Assembly: GCA_036788095.1 (NCBI GenBank)
Contig: DAIQOA010000001.1
Span: 3,948 to 67,947 of the forward strand
Direction: 5' to 3'
DNA from: a bacterium
Lineage (GTDB): Bacteria > Zhuqueibacterota > Zhuqueibacteria > Residuimicrobiales > Residuimicrobiaceae
DNA length: 64,000 nt
How positions within the stretch are numbered: position 1 is the first letter of the stretch; each line of letters opens with the position of its first letter. The position numbers were made by a program, and so were the translations under genes. The notes beneath the pieces were generated by a model. The model saw only the letters and a program-made list of their open reading frames with translations. It did no database searches and was not told the DNA's origin. Positions 48,368-62,919 of the stretch are shown here, in pieces.

Positions 48368-50107
48368 ATGAGCATAATCGATATCGTCATCATCCTGGCG
48401 TATTTCCTCGTCATGATCGTCATGGGATTCTGGTATCAGAAAAAGGCGTCGCAGAGTCTCGAATCCTACTTTCTCAGCGGCCGGAGCATGCATTGGCTCG
48501 CCCTGGCCATGTCCGGCTCGGTCGGCACCTTTGATATTTCCGGCACCATGTGGATTGTCTCGGTCCTGTTTATCCTCGGCATGAAATCGCTGTGGATTCA
48601 CTGGATGTGGGGGGTTATGATGGGCGCGTTTTTCATGGCCTACATGGGCAAGTGGGTGCGGCGCTCCAATGTGATCACCGCTGCCGAGTGGATGGTGACG
48701 CGTTTCGGCTCGGACCGAGGCGGAGTCGTTGCCCGCACCTCCTACGCGTTTATGGCGGTGCTCACGTTGTCGAGCTTTATCGGCTACGCCTATCAGGGGA
48801 TCGGCAAGTTCGCCGCCATCTATGTCCCCTTTTCTCCCACCGTGTGCGGTGTGGTGATTATCGCCTCGACCACCATCTATGTCCTTCTCGGCGGCCTCTA
48901 CAGCGTGGTGATCACCCAGGTGGTACAGACCGTTATACTCACCATCGCCGCCATCATCATCACGGTGATCGCCTATGTCAAACTCACGCCGGAGATCATC
49001 GCCGCCAGCGTCCCCGTCGATTACACCTCGCTGCTCCCTCATTGGCGCCTTGCCGAGCTGGCGGGAACCGCAAACGCGGCTTATGAGCTGTTCGGAGCTC
49101 TGGTCATCGTCTGGGTGCTGAAAGGGCTGCTGCTGAACTTGGGCGGTCCTGCGCAGATGTGCGATTTCCAGCTTTTCCTCGCCGCCCGCAATCCCCGTGA
49201 TGCGGCAAAAACAGGCGCCGCATGGAGCTTTTTCCTCATTGTTCGCTGGGGAATGTGCGCCGGCATCACCCTGTTAGCCCTGACCGGCATCGCCTCGACG
49301 GCTGATCCCGAACAGGTGATGCCCGTAGTGCTCCGCGAATACCTTCCGGTGGGATTCCGCGGGCTGGTACTGGCAGGGCTCCTCGCGGCGTTCATGTCCA
49401 CCTTTAGCGCCACGGTCAACAGCGCGGCGTCATTTATCGTCCGCGATATTCTCCAGCCCTTTTTCATGCCGCAGGTGACTGAACGCCGGCTGGTCGCCTC
49501 CAGCCGCATCGCAACGGTTGCCGTTGTTCTCATCGGCGTCGCCATCGGCTTTCAAGCCGATTCCATCACTCAGATATGGAACTGGACGATGATGGCGCTC
49601 GGCGCCGGGGTGATCATGCCCAATGTGCTCCGGTGGTACTGGTGGCGCATGAACGGATGGGGGTATGCCGCGGGTATCCTCGGCGGCATTGCGCTTTCGC
49701 TCATCGCTCTGTTCAGGCCCGACGCCCCTATGTATGTGGTGTTTCCGCCGATCTGCGTCGCTTCACTGATCATGAGTCTTCTGGTGTCGCTGGTCACGGC
49801 TCCGGTGCAAATGCCCATTCTCATTTCTTTCTACAGAACCGTAAGACCGTTTGGTCTGTGGGGGCCTGTCCGCGATGGAGCACAGCTTGGTCTTTCCGGT
49901 CGGGAGAAGGCCTCTGAGAGCGCCATTCGCTCGCTCGGCAACACGCTCCTTGGCATGATCGCGATTACCGGATACTATCTGTTCCCCATGTATTTGGTCG
50001 GACACTGGCACGGCATGGCCGCGCTCTGTCTGCTTGTCGCTCTGGCGGCCACGGCCGCGCTGGCAAAAACCTGGTATCCCTATCTTTTGGGTGAAAACGA
50101 AGGGTGA
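48368..50107 (+). CDS. sodium:solute symporter (SSF family)
   Basis: 579 aa, ~13 TM. 'YFLSGRSMHWLALAMSGSVGTFDISGTMW' matches the SSF N-terminal consensus region. Confidence 0.8.
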   Translation: MSIIDIVIILAYFLVMIVMGFWYQKKASQSLESYFLSGRSMHWLALAMSGSVGTFDISGTMWIVSVLFILGMKSLWIHWMWGVMMGAFFMAYMGKWVRRSNVITAAEWMVTRFGSDRGGVVARTSYAFMAVLTLSSFIGYAYQGIGKFAAIYVPFSPTVCGVVIIASTTIYVLLGGLYSVVITQVVQTVILTIAAIIITVIAYVKLTPEIIAASVPVDYTSLLPHWRLAELAGTANAAYELFGALVIVWVLKGLLLNLGGPAQMCDFQLFLAARNPRDAAKTGAAWSFFLIVRWGMCAGITLLALTGIASTADPEQVMPVVLREYLPVGFRGLVLAGLLAAFMSTFSATVNSAASFIVRDILQPFFMPQVTERRLVASSRIATVAVVLIGVAIGFQADSITQIWNWTMMALGAGVIMPNVLRWYWWRMNGWGYAAGILGGIALSLIALFRPDAPMYVVFPPICVASLIMSLLVSLVTAPVQMPILISFYRTVRPFGLWGPVRDGAQLGLSGREKASESAIRSLGNTLLGMIAITGYYLFPMYLVGHWHGMAALCLLVALAATAALAKTWYPYLLGENEG

Positions 50108-50121
50108 GAACGGCCGTTCAT

Positions 50122-51420
50122 TTAACGCAGTGATTTCTGATACGCCAACAGCGCGCGCAGTCGCGCCTGCTTGTGTTCCACAATCGGTTTGGGATATTCC
50201 GGCGTATCCACTTCAGCGACCCACTTCTTGATGTAGGCGCGTTTCGGATCAAATCGTTTCTGCTGCAACTCCGGACTAAAGATGCGGAAATAGGGCGCGG
50301 CATCGCAGCCGCAGCCCGCGGCCCATTGCCAGTTGCCATTGTTGGACGACAGTTCGAAATCCAGCAGCTTGTCCGCGAAATATTTTTCCCCCCATTGCCA
50401 GTTGATCAACAGATGTTTGGCGAGAAAACTGGCACAGAGCATGCGCACCCGGTTGTGCTGAAATCCCGTAGCGTTTAATTCGCGCATGCCGGCGTCCACC
50501 AGCGGATAGCCGGTCCTGCCTTCGCACCATTTTGCGAACAGCGCCTCATCGTTCTGCCAGCGGATGCCGGCATAAGCGGGTTTGAAAGGGCCGTGGACCA
50601 CGTGGGGGAAATGATGCAAGATTTGCATAAAGAACTCCCGCCAGATGAGTTCGTTGACCCAGGTTTCGTTCAGCAGCATGCCCCGGCGCACCAGCTCGCG
50701 CAGGCTGACCGTGCCGAAACGCAGATGCAGGCCCAACCGCGTGGTCCCGGCCAGGGCGGGAAAATTTCTCGTCTGGTCGTAATGTAAAACGATCTCCTCC
50801 GGCAGGTCCGCGGCCGGGAAGGTCAGATTTGAGGGTTGAAAGCCCAACTGTTTCAGCTCGGGCAGGTTGCTCTCAATAGCAAACCAGGAAGCGCGGTTTT
50901 TTATTGTCCAGGATTTCAACGATTCCGGCCGCAACAGCGAACGCCATTTTTTCATGTAGGGCGTAAAGACGGTGTAGGGCTCACCGTTCTCTTTGCACAC
51001 CTCTCCTTTTTCAAAAATGACCTGATCCTTATAACTGTGCCATACGATCCCTTGCTCCTGCAGCAGGCTGGCGACCTGTTCATCTCTTTTCACCGCATAG
51101 GGCTCATAGTCGCGGTTGACGTACACGGAATGAATCGGGTACTCCCGAATCAGACTCTTCCATACCTGCATGGGATCGCCGACGCGCACCAGCAGGCCGT
51201 CACCGTGTTTTTGCAGCGACCGCTGCAGCGCGGCGAGCGTACGCAAAATAAATTCCACTCGGCCGTCCCGGCGATCCGGCAGCGCATCCAGAATGTTTTT
51301 ATCAAAGATGAAAAGCGGCAGCACGGGCAGATTACTTTGCTGGGCTTGAAAGAGCGCGGTGTTGTCGGTCAACCGCAGATCACGGCGGAACCAAAAGAGA
51401 GCGATGGGTTGTTTGGGCAT
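50122..51420 (-). CDS. phr: deoxyribodipyrimidine photolyase / cryptochrome-family flavoprotein
   Basis: N-terminal photolyase α/β domain 'ALFWFRRDLRLTDNTAL'. FAD-binding domain 'NNGNWQWAAGCGCDAAPYFRIFSP' (W triad region). Confidence 0.85.
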   Translation of the reverse strand: MPKQPIALFWFRRDLRLTDNTALFQAQQSNLPVLPLFIFDKNILDALPDRRDGRVEFILRTLAALQRSLQKHGDGLLVRVGDPMQVWKSLIREYPIHSVYVNRDYEPYAVKRDEQVASLLQEQGIVWHSYKDQVIFEKGEVCKENGEPYTVFTPYMKKWRSLLRPESLKSWTIKNRASWFAIESNLPELKQLGFQPSNLTFPAADLPEEIVLHYDQTRNFPALAGTTRLGLHLRFGTVSLRELVRRGMLLNETWVNELIWREFFMQILHHFPHVVHGPFKPAYAGIRWQNDEALFAKWCEGRTGYPLVDAGMRELNATGFQHNRVRMLCASFLAKHLLINWQWGEKYFADKLLDFELSSNNGNWQWAAGCGCDAAPYFRIFSPELQQKRFDPKRAYIKKWVAEVDTPEYPKPIVEHKQARLRALLAYQKSLR

Positions 51421-51477
51421 AGGTGTATCATTGTTGAGGCCGCACAGGGTTGCTCCCCCTGTGCGGCGGATTAGGAG

Positions 51478-54351
<2,874 letters not shown>

Positions 54352-54598
54352 GGCAGCTCCTTGTGTCGTCTTTGACTATAATCATATCAGCAATTTAGTT
54401 ATGGCCATCTATGCGGCGGTCTGTTTTTCTGAGTCTGTTAACAGAGCGGCCATACGGCAATAAAATACTTAACCGCCACATGAATAACTTACATAAAAAA
54501 AGAGAAAGATTCATCTAAAATTTGAGCCCTCGCACCAGTGCGGCGTTTTGGCGCACGATAGGGAAAGCGACCGGCGGCGGTTTGAACAGGAACGGGGA

Positions 54599-54637
54599 TG
54601 AAAATAAAAAAAGCCCCGATGGAATTCCACCGGGGCT
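54599..54637 (-). terminator. rho-independent terminator of the cold-shock gene (minus strand)
   Basis: On the minus strand AGCCCCGgtggaattccatCGGGGCT is followed by TTTTTTTATTTT. Confidence 0.6.
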
Positions 54638-54658
54638 GAAATGTTTCGTAGGCCAGGT

Positions 54659-54859
54659 TTATATTTTCGCTACTTTAACCGCTTGCGGGCCTTTCTGAGT
54701 TTCCTCAACCTCAAACTCGACTGCGTCGCCGTTGTTCAGAGATTTGAAGCCATCGCCAACAATGCCGGAAAAGTGGACAAAGATGTCGCCGCCAGATTCT
54801 CTGGTGACAAAACCATAACCCTTTGACGTGTTGAACCACTTTACAGTGCCTTTTTCCAT
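54659..54859 (-). CDS. cold-shock protein (CspA family)
   Basis: Start [13 protein letters not shown]1 'KGYGFV' and RNP2-like 'VFVHFS'. 66 aa. The longer ORF to 54916 is an upstream in-frame extension without a conserved N-terminus. Confidence 0.85.
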   Translation of the reverse strand: MEKGTVKWFNTSKGYGFVTRESGGDIFVHFSGIVGDGFKSLNNGDAVEFEVEETQKGPQAVKVAKI

Positions 54860-55099
54860 AGTGTTGAAACCCTTTCTTAAAATTGTGTACAAGTTACGTA
54901 CACCTCTTCCGGCCAACTTGTAAATGAACCGTAAACCCGGGTGCGTTACGAGAACCGTCGTTCACAAGCGTGCATTGCTGGTGCGGGCAAAACGTCCGTG
55001 CAGCAAAGGTTACAAGGGCACTACACGGTGTACATGTGCTCGAATAATGTAAATGAATTATTTTCAAAAAGCAAGTATTTTTGCCTGGAAAAGCTTTGC

Positions 55100-55127
55100 T
55101 TGACTCTGAACATTTTTTTTGTAATTT
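55100..55127 (+). promoter_or_regulatory. putative promoter (-35 TTGACT, 16 nt, -10 TAATTT) for the 55157 gene
   Basis: TTGACT at 55100-55105, a 16-nt spacer, and TAATTT at 55122-55127. GGAG RBS before the ATG at 55157. Confidence 0.4.
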
Positions 55128-55156
55128 ATGAATTGAACAAAAAAATGGAGAATATC

Positions 55157-56152
55157 ATGCCACGACCCATCACGCTATGCACCGGCCAGTGGGCTGATCT
55201 GCCGCTGGAGATCACGGCGAAAAAAGCCAAGGCCTTCGGCTATGAAGGATTGGAACTCGCCTGCTGGGGCGACCATTTCGATGTGTTTCAGGGGGCGAAG
55301 GATAAGAGATATTGCGAAGAGAAAATCAATCTGCTGGCCAAACACGGGCTAAAGACATGGGCCATCAGCAACCATCTCGCGGGTCAGCTGATCTGCGATC
55401 CGAACAACGACAGCCGCTCCGACGGTTTTGCCCCGGCCTCCTGTGCCGGCGACGCGGACAAGAAACGCCAGTTCGGCGTCGATTCCATGAAAGCCGCAGC
55501 CCGTGCCGCCAAAAATCTAGGCGTCTCCGTGGTCAACGGATTTACCGGCTCTTCCATCTGGCATTTGCTTTACTCTTTTCCGCCCACGGATTTCAAGGTG
55601 GTAGAAGAGGGCTATGCCTATTTTGCCGGCATGTTCAATCCGATCCTGGATGTGTTTGAAGAATGCGGTGTGCGTTTTGCTCTGGAGGTGCATCCCACCG
55701 AGATCGCTTACGACATCGTCACCACCAAGCGCGTTCTCGAGGCGCTCAACTATCGCAAATCCTTTGGTTTCAATTTTGATCCCAGCCATCTGCAGTGGCA
55801 GGGCATCGATCCGGTCAAATTCATCGAGGCGTTTCCCGACCGCATCTACCATTGTCACATGAAAGATTGTGCGGTGACGCTGGACGGGACCACCGGCATT
55901 CTCGGTTCCCACCTGCAGTTCGGCGCTGCCGGCCGCGGCTGGGATTTCCGTTCCCTGGGCCGCGGCGATGTGGATTTTGAAGCCATTATCCGCGCTCTGA
56001 ACGCCATCGGCTATCAGGGTCCGCTCTCGGTCGAGTGGGAAGATCCGGGCATGGATCGCGAGTTCGGCGCTGAAGACGCGTGCCGCTTCCTTCAAGACCT
56101 GAACTATCCCATACCAGCGGGTATGTTCGATGAAGCCTTTACCAAAAAATAG
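55157..56152 (+). CDS. sugar-phosphate isomerase/epimerase (xylose-isomerase-like TIM barrel; inosose-dehydratase/hydroxypyruvate-isomerase-like)
   Basis: Start MPRPITL (alternative MENIMPR at 55145). 'YEGLELACWGDHF', 'EVHPTEIAYD', 'HCHMKDC', 'PLSVEWED' are metal-ligand motifs of this fold. Confidence 0.7.
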   Translation: MPRPITLCTGQWADLPLEITAKKAKAFGYEGLELACWGDHFDVFQGAKDKRYCEEKINLLAKHGLKTWAISNHLAGQLICDPNNDSRSDGFAPASCAGDADKKRQFGVDSMKAAARAAKNLGVSVVNGFTGSSIWHLLYSFPPTDFKVVEEGYAYFAGMFNPILDVFEECGVRFALEVHPTEIAYDIVTTKRVLEALNYRKSFGFNFDPSHLQWQGIDPVKFIEAFPDRIYHCHMKDCAVTLDGTTGILGSHLQFGAAGRGWDFRSLGRGDVDFEAIIRALNAIGYQGPLSVEWEDPGMDREFGAEDACRFLQDLNYPIPAGMFDEAFTKK

Positions 56153-56158
56153 TCTCAA

Positions 56159-56181
56159 GGCCCGGCTCGACCGGGCTTTTT
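56159..56181 (+). terminator. rho-independent terminator after the isomerase gene
   Basis: GGCCCGG ctcga CCGGGC followed by TTTTT. Confidence 0.5.
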
Positions 56182-56232
56182 ACTTTGTGCGGAATTTACT
56201 GCACTGGTTTTCTACACAATCCTGAAAGAAGC

Positions 56233-58824
56233 ATGCCCAGATCTGCCTTGTTAACAATGTGCGTTTGCCTGCTATGTCCTGCCGGCCTGTCCTACGGGGC
56301 AGGAACGATTGCGGCGCCGGTTGCTGAAAAAGGGTTCTCTCATCTTTCGCTTTCGCCGTCAGGCGATCGTCTGCTCTTTGATCTGCAGGAGCAGCCCGGC
56401 CTTTATGTGGCTGACTTGTCCACCGGCACGACGGAGACCATCGCCTTGGGCTGCGGCGTCGCTTATCGCGCCGGCTGGTCCGCGGACAGCCGCCATGTGG
56501 GCTTTAAGCGATTTGTCGGCCGCCGGCAGGTGGCCTCGGTGTATGATATGAAAAACAGAACGTTGCGGGATCTGTGCGAACCGAGTGCGCAGGTCGGGAT
56601 TCCGGCTTTTTCCGCCGACGGCCTAATCTGTTTTACCATCGGCCGGACCCTGTACTTTGTGGATCTGCAGGGCCGGTTGCTGAACACCTTTCCATTGCCG
56701 GCTTATTGCAATCAGACTCCGCTCTCCCCGGACGGATCCATGGCAGCGTATACCGATCAGGACGACCAATTGCATGTGCTGACTATGGCGGACGGCCGCA
56801 TTCGGCGCTTGAGCGCTGATGCCGTCGGCTGTTTCGCGCCGCAATGGTCTCCTGACAACCGCATGCTGCTGGCGCAGTCCATCGACGGCCGGGTGTTGAT
56901 ATTTGATTCGAGCACCGGGCGTATGAACGATCTCGGTCCCGGTCTGCATGCCATCTGGGACAAGCAGGGTGAACGGGTCATCTTTACCCGCATCACTCTG
57001 TCCAGCGAAGGCAGGGTGTTCCGCCAGGGCCTCTATTCCATGCGGTGTGATGGATCCGAGGGGTTTTATCTCACTCGGGGCGACCATGATTATGCCGCCT
57101 GTTCAGCGGACGGATGGATTTTCAAGGATGGCGTGGATGGACAATTGCGCAAGACCACGGCATCGCCGGCTTTGACCACGCAGGCCGACCTGTACGATCT
57201 GCCGGCCGTATTCAAACCCGCTGCACCGCTGCACTCCGAGATACCGGCCGCCAACCCCAGCGCCGTTTCGTTCGCCATCCCCTATGTGCATCAGGCCTAT
57301 GATTCGCCTGATTGGTTTAACGGCAATTCGGCCTGCGGCGCAGCCTCCGCGGTCATGTGCCTGGCGTATTACGGCGTGTTGCCCAAGTGGACAGTGACCT
57401 GTTCCCGTCCCTATCTGCACACCAGCGATTATGGCCGTTACCTCTGCGAAAAATATACGATCAATGGATTTACCTTTGATATCGGCGGTCAGGATCCTGA
57501 CGGGACTATCGGCTATGGCGGCTATGGTTACATCATCCGTAATAATTGGCAGAACACCAAGGAGTATATGGCAGAGTACGCCCGCCTGCACGGGGTGAAC
57601 TCGAACGTGGACTGGTATCCTTCGCGGGCAAAATTGCAGATCGAGATCAGGGCGAAGATGCCCCTCGTTGTTCTCACCAGTTTAACCTCGGCCGGCCATT
57701 ATGTCACCGCGAAGGGCTATGATCAGGAAGCGACGTCGGTGATCTTCAATGATCCCTGGGGCAATAAAAATTATGCCTATCCCAGCTTTCTCGGCGCCGA
57801 TGCCATCTATGACTGGCCCGGCTTTAACAACGGCCACGCCGGCCTGGAGATCGTGCACTGCTTTATCTATTTCCGCAGTCAACGGTCCGATCTCAGCGTG
57901 CAGGGGCTGGCCAAAGCCGATACGCTGAGGGCGAATGAGAACAGCGAGGTCTCGGTCACGATTCGCAACACCGGCATGATCACCAGCGCCGAATGTCCGC
58001 TGCGCCTGGTGCTCTCCACCAATGCTTATTACGACTCCACGGACCTGCGCATGGCGGAGTGCACGGTGCCGGCGCTGGCCGTGGCAGACACCTATCGCGT
58101 GCAGTTGTCCTTTGCCCTGCCGGATACGCTGCTGAGCGCGGTGTATGCGCTGGGCGTGCAGGTCGATGCCGACGGCGACAACCTGGAGCTGAGCGAGACC
58201 AACAATTTCCAATACACCCGTCTCACGGTCATCGGCCGTCCCAAGCTCTACGGCATGACCCCGGCGGATGATGCAGTCATCGTTGAAGAGCGGCCGATCA
58301 TATCCTGTTTTCATCTTGATAAAATCAGCCCGGTTGATCCGCAGCGAGTGAGCATAGCGCTGGACGGCCGGGATGTCTCCGGGCAGGCGGAGAAGCAGGC
58401 GGCGTTTTTCACCTATCAACCGGCGGAACCGCTGCAAACCGGGGAGCACACGGTGTCGGTATGTGCGGTCAACCAAGCGGGCTTTGCCGGCGAGAGGACC
58501 TGGCGGTTTACCGTTACACCGCAATCCGGCGTGCAGGTGGAGCAGACGCCGCTCTCGTCGTTTCTTTTCGCCGCTTATCCGAATCCGTTTAATCTGCAAG
58601 CGACGATTCGGGTGCAGCTGCCTCTTCCCGAGACCGCGGCGGTGGAGATCTATTCCCTGACCGGCGCCCGGGTAAAGAAGCTCTACCGCGGCGTACTCGC
58701 TCAAGGTCAATTCTATTGGAACGGCACGGATGAAACCGGTGGAACGGTGGCCAGCGGAATATACCTCTGCCGGCTGCTGGCGCCGGGCCGGCGCCACACC
58801 ATCCGGCTGATGCTGCTTAAATAA
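56233..58824 (+). CDS. secreted multidomain T9SS cargo: TolB-like β-propeller + C39-like (papain-fold) cysteine peptidase domain + CARDB + Ig-like + T9SS CTD
   Basis: Signal peptide MPRSALLTMCVCLLCPAGLSYGAG (the ORF is open from 56185). PD40-like 'LSPDGSMAAYT', 'WSPDNRMLLAQ'. Peptidase_C39_2-like 'VHQAYDSPDWFNGNSACGAASAVMCLAYYG'. CARDB-like 'ENSEVSVTIRNTGMITS'. CTD 'AYPNPFNLQATIRVQL...VEIYSLTGARVKKL...GIYLCRLLAPGRRHTIRLMLLK'. Confidence 0.7.
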   Translation: MPRSALLTMCVCLLCPAGLSYGAGTIAAPVAEKGFSHLSLSPSGDRLLFDLQEQPGLYVADLSTGTTETIALGCGVAYRAGWSADSRHVGFKRFVGRRQVASVYDMKNRTLRDLCEPSAQVGIPAFSADGLICFTIGRTLYFVDLQGRLLNTFPLPAYCNQTPLSPDGSMAAYTDQDDQLHVLTMADGRIRRLSADAVGCFAPQWSPDNRMLLAQSIDGRVLIFDSSTGRMNDLGPGLHAIWDKQGERVIFTRITLSSEGRVFRQGLYSMRCDGSEGFYLTRGDHDYAACSADGWIFKDGVDGQLRKTTASPALTTQADLYDLPAVFKPAAPLHSEIPAANPSAVSFAIPYVHQAYDSPDWFNGNSACGAASAVMCLAYYGVLPKWTVTCSRPYLHTSDYGRYLCEKYTINGFTFDIGGQDPDGTIGYGGYGYIIRNNWQNTKEYMAEYARLHGVNSNVDWYPSRAKLQIEIRAKMPLVVLTSLTSAGHYVTAKGYDQEATSVIFNDPWGNKNYAYPSFLGADAIYDWPGFNNGHAGLEIVHCFIYFRSQRSDLSVQGLAKADTLRANENSEVSVTIRNTGMITSAECPLRLVLSTNAYYDSTDLRMAECTVPALAVADTYRVQLSFALPDTLLSAVYALGVQVDADGDNLELSETNNFQYTRLTVIGRPKLYGMTPADDAVIVEERPIISCFHLDKISPVDPQRVSIALDGRDVSGQAEKQAAFFTYQPAEPLQTGEHTVSVCAVNQAGFAGERTWRFTVTPQSGVQVEQTPLSSFLFAAYPNPFNLQATIRVQLPLPETAAVEIYSLTGARVKKLYRGVLAQGQFYWNGTDETGGTVASGIYLCRLLAPGRRHTIRLMLLK

Positions 58825-58838
58825 GGAACGATCCGTTC

Positions 58839-60785
<1,947 letters not shown>

Positions 60786-60801
60786 AAGGGGACCGGCGGC
60801 G

Positions 60802-61200
60802 ATGGCAACGATCTTTACCACCCGGTTGAACGTGCGCAGCTATGAGCTGGATTCGTTCGGACACGTCAACAATGCGACCTATCTCAATTATCTCGAGTAC
60901 GCCCGCGGCGACTATCTGCGTCAGCGGGGTTTGTCCTTTGCCGATTTTCACCAATGGGATGCCATGCCCTATGTGGTCCATGTGGAGATCAGCTATCGGG
61001 CGTCCTGCCGGGTGCATGACGATTTGGAGATACGCGGATGGATCTCGGCGTGGTCGCGGACGGGATTTGTGATGTCCTACGAGCTGTTCAATCACAGTAG
61101 CGGCCGCCTGGCGGCGGAGGCGCAGATGAAATTCGCTTTTGTCAATCAGCTGGAAAAGGTGGTTCGCATTCCGGCGCCGTTCAGGGAAAAAATGCAGTGA
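60802..61200 (+). CDS. acyl-CoA thioesterase, hotdog fold (YbgC/4HBT family)
   Basis: 'YELDSFGHVNNATYLNYLEYAR' contains the catalytic Asp/His region of 4HBT-type thioesterases. Confidence 0.7.
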   Translation: MATIFTTRLNVRSYELDSFGHVNNATYLNYLEYARGDYLRQRGLSFADFHQWDAMPYVVHVEISYRASCRVHDDLEIRGWISAWSRTGFVMSYELFNHSSGRLAAEAQMKFAFVNQLEKVVRIPAPFREKMQ

Positions 61201-61221
61201 CGCCGGTGATCCGGCGGCGGC

Positions 61222-62919
61222 TCAATCGATGCGAAAGGGTGAGTTCCAGTAAAAGCGCGTCAGACCCGCGGCCGTGCCGAACCAGATATAGTCGCCGTCC
61301 GGATAAAGCGCGCGCACGCGGTTGTCCGGCAGACCGTCCTCAATGGTAAAGCGCACCCACCGCTGTCGCTCGCGGTCAAATTTCAAAACGCCCTGGTCTG
61401 TGCCCGCCCACACCGCTGAGGGCGTCGCTTCGATGCGATACACATTCAGCTCCTGGTCATACAGCCGTCCGGCGCCTTTGATCCATTCATCGGCCGCCAG
61501 GTCCAACCCGGCAATGCCATCCTCACCGCCGAACCACACCTCGTCTTCACACACCGAAACCGCATGAATCCTTTGACTGCCGGGATCGTCGAGCCCCTGA
61601 TAAAAACCGCCCGAGTCCGTCGCGCTGTCGAAGAGATAGACGCCGTACTCTGTGCCCATCCAGATGGAAGAGCCCTGTTGGTCCAGATCATAGACCGCCA
61701 GGCCGCTGAGATCGCGGTGGGCGATCGTCTGGATGCGCATTGAATCTGTGTTCACTGTTCTTTTCACCACCCGGGAGACGCCGGCTTCGGTGGCCACCCA
61801 GAGATAGCGGTCGTCCACCAGCAGGTCGTTGATGCGTTCATCCACCAGGTGATGGACCTGATAAAAGGAGCGCCACTGGTCTTTGTCGCGGTGATAGAGC
61901 ACCAGCCCGTTGCGGGTGCCGAACCATACGTACGGATCGTCTACGGCGATGCAGGTGACGCGGTCGTCGCTGAAACCTGTATGCAGATAGGCCTCGTAAT
62001 AATACGGCGCATGCCGGTCAATCGCCCATTCGGTCACGCCGGCGCGGCCCGGCTCTTCCTTCTGAACGCCTCCCAGCCAAAAGGCATCCTGATCCGGTTC
62101 GATGGCGTCCACCGCAGGATTCCACAGACCATAGGGGTAGAGCTCGAGGCGAAACGTGGCCAGGTTCGCCTCGCCGGCACCCAACCCCCAGGTGCCGACA
62201 TAAAGGTTGTGAAAACGGTCGCGCAGCCAACAGGTAAGCGGAAATTTGCGCAATTCGAAATCGGTGATGGTCCGGTCCAGTTCGCTGTACAGGTAGCCGT
62301 CGGACATGAACAGAAAAGGGGGATCCGGCTCCTGCGGCGCTAGGGCGCCGTGCCATTGAATAATCGCGCTGGAGGAGGCACTGGCGCGGAAATCCGCCGA
62401 GGTGTTGTCGGACTCGAACCATTGCCGTTGCGAGGTGGCCAGGTAGACCCGACGGTCATCGCCAAAGCCGATGGAGGTGATCCGCCGGTTGCCGATCTCC
62501 GTCTCATCAAAGTAGCGGTTGTTCCAGATCTGCGTCGCCGGTTCCTGAAAGCTGATGCCCACGTCGCTCACGCACCAGAGCAGACCGGTGTTGAAATCAT
62601 ACGCCACCAGATACAGGTTGTTGCTTGCCAAGCCGTTGCTGACGGTCCAGGGAGGATCATAGCGGTTGGTGTAGAAATCAAGTCGGCTGAGGCCGCCGGT
62701 CGTGGCGAAATAGACATAGCGATCCCCCAGGCAGAGGTGGCGGACAAAGCGGGTGGTGGTGTAGGTGAGCCAATCGCCCTGTTCATAGTGCGTGTTGCTG
62801 CGGTGAATGCGCTCCTGCGGCTGAACCCCGCTTGCCCATAGCAGGCCGGAGAGCCAGACCAGCAGGGCCAGGCGTCTGTTCAGAGTGCCGCAGCGTCGGT
62901 GTTTACCGTCACAGGTCAT
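61222..62919 (-). CDS. secreted β-propeller protein of the two-component-regulator-propeller (Reg_prop) type, with no kinase/output domain
   Basis: Start [31 protein letters not shown]. Recurring '...W(F/M/L)GT..G(L/V)..(F/L)D...' blades ('[12 protein letters not shown]', '[12 protein letters not shown]', '[12 protein letters not shown]', '[12 protein letters not shown]'). Confidence 0.6.
   Translation of the reverse strand: MTCDGKHRRCGTLNRRLALLVWLSGLLWASGVQPQERIHRSNTHYEQGDWLTYTTTRFVRHLCLGDRYVYFATTGGLSRLDFYTNRYDPPWTVSNGLASNNLYLVAYDFNTGLLWCVSDVGISFQEPATQIWNNRYFDETEIGNRRITSIGFGDDRRVYLATSQRQWFESDNTSADFRASASSSAIIQWHGALAPQEPDPPFLFMSDGYLYSELDRTITDFELRKFPLTCWLRDRFHNLYVGTWGLGAGEANLATFRLELYPYGLWNPAVDAIEPDQDAFWLGGVQKEEPGRAGVTEWAIDRHAPYYYEAYLHTGFSDDRVTCIAVDDPYVWFGTRNGLVLYHRDKDQWRSFYQVHHLVDERINDLLVDDRYLWVATEAGVSRVVKRTVNTDSMRIQTIAHRDLSGLAVYDLDQQGSSIWMGTEYGVYLFDSATDSGGFYQGLDDPGSQRIHAVSVCEDEVWFGGEDGIAGLDLAADEWIKGAGRLYDQELNVYRIEATPSAVWAGTDQGVLKFDRERQRWVRFTIEDGLPDNRVRALYPDGDYIWFGTAAGLTRFYWNSPFRID

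Noticed and set aside
54352-54600. Glycine riboswitch upstream of gcvP
   Set aside because: No GGAGAG…CUCUGGAGAG / ACCGAAGGGGCAA aptamer cores are present on the minus strand, only unrelated hairpins.
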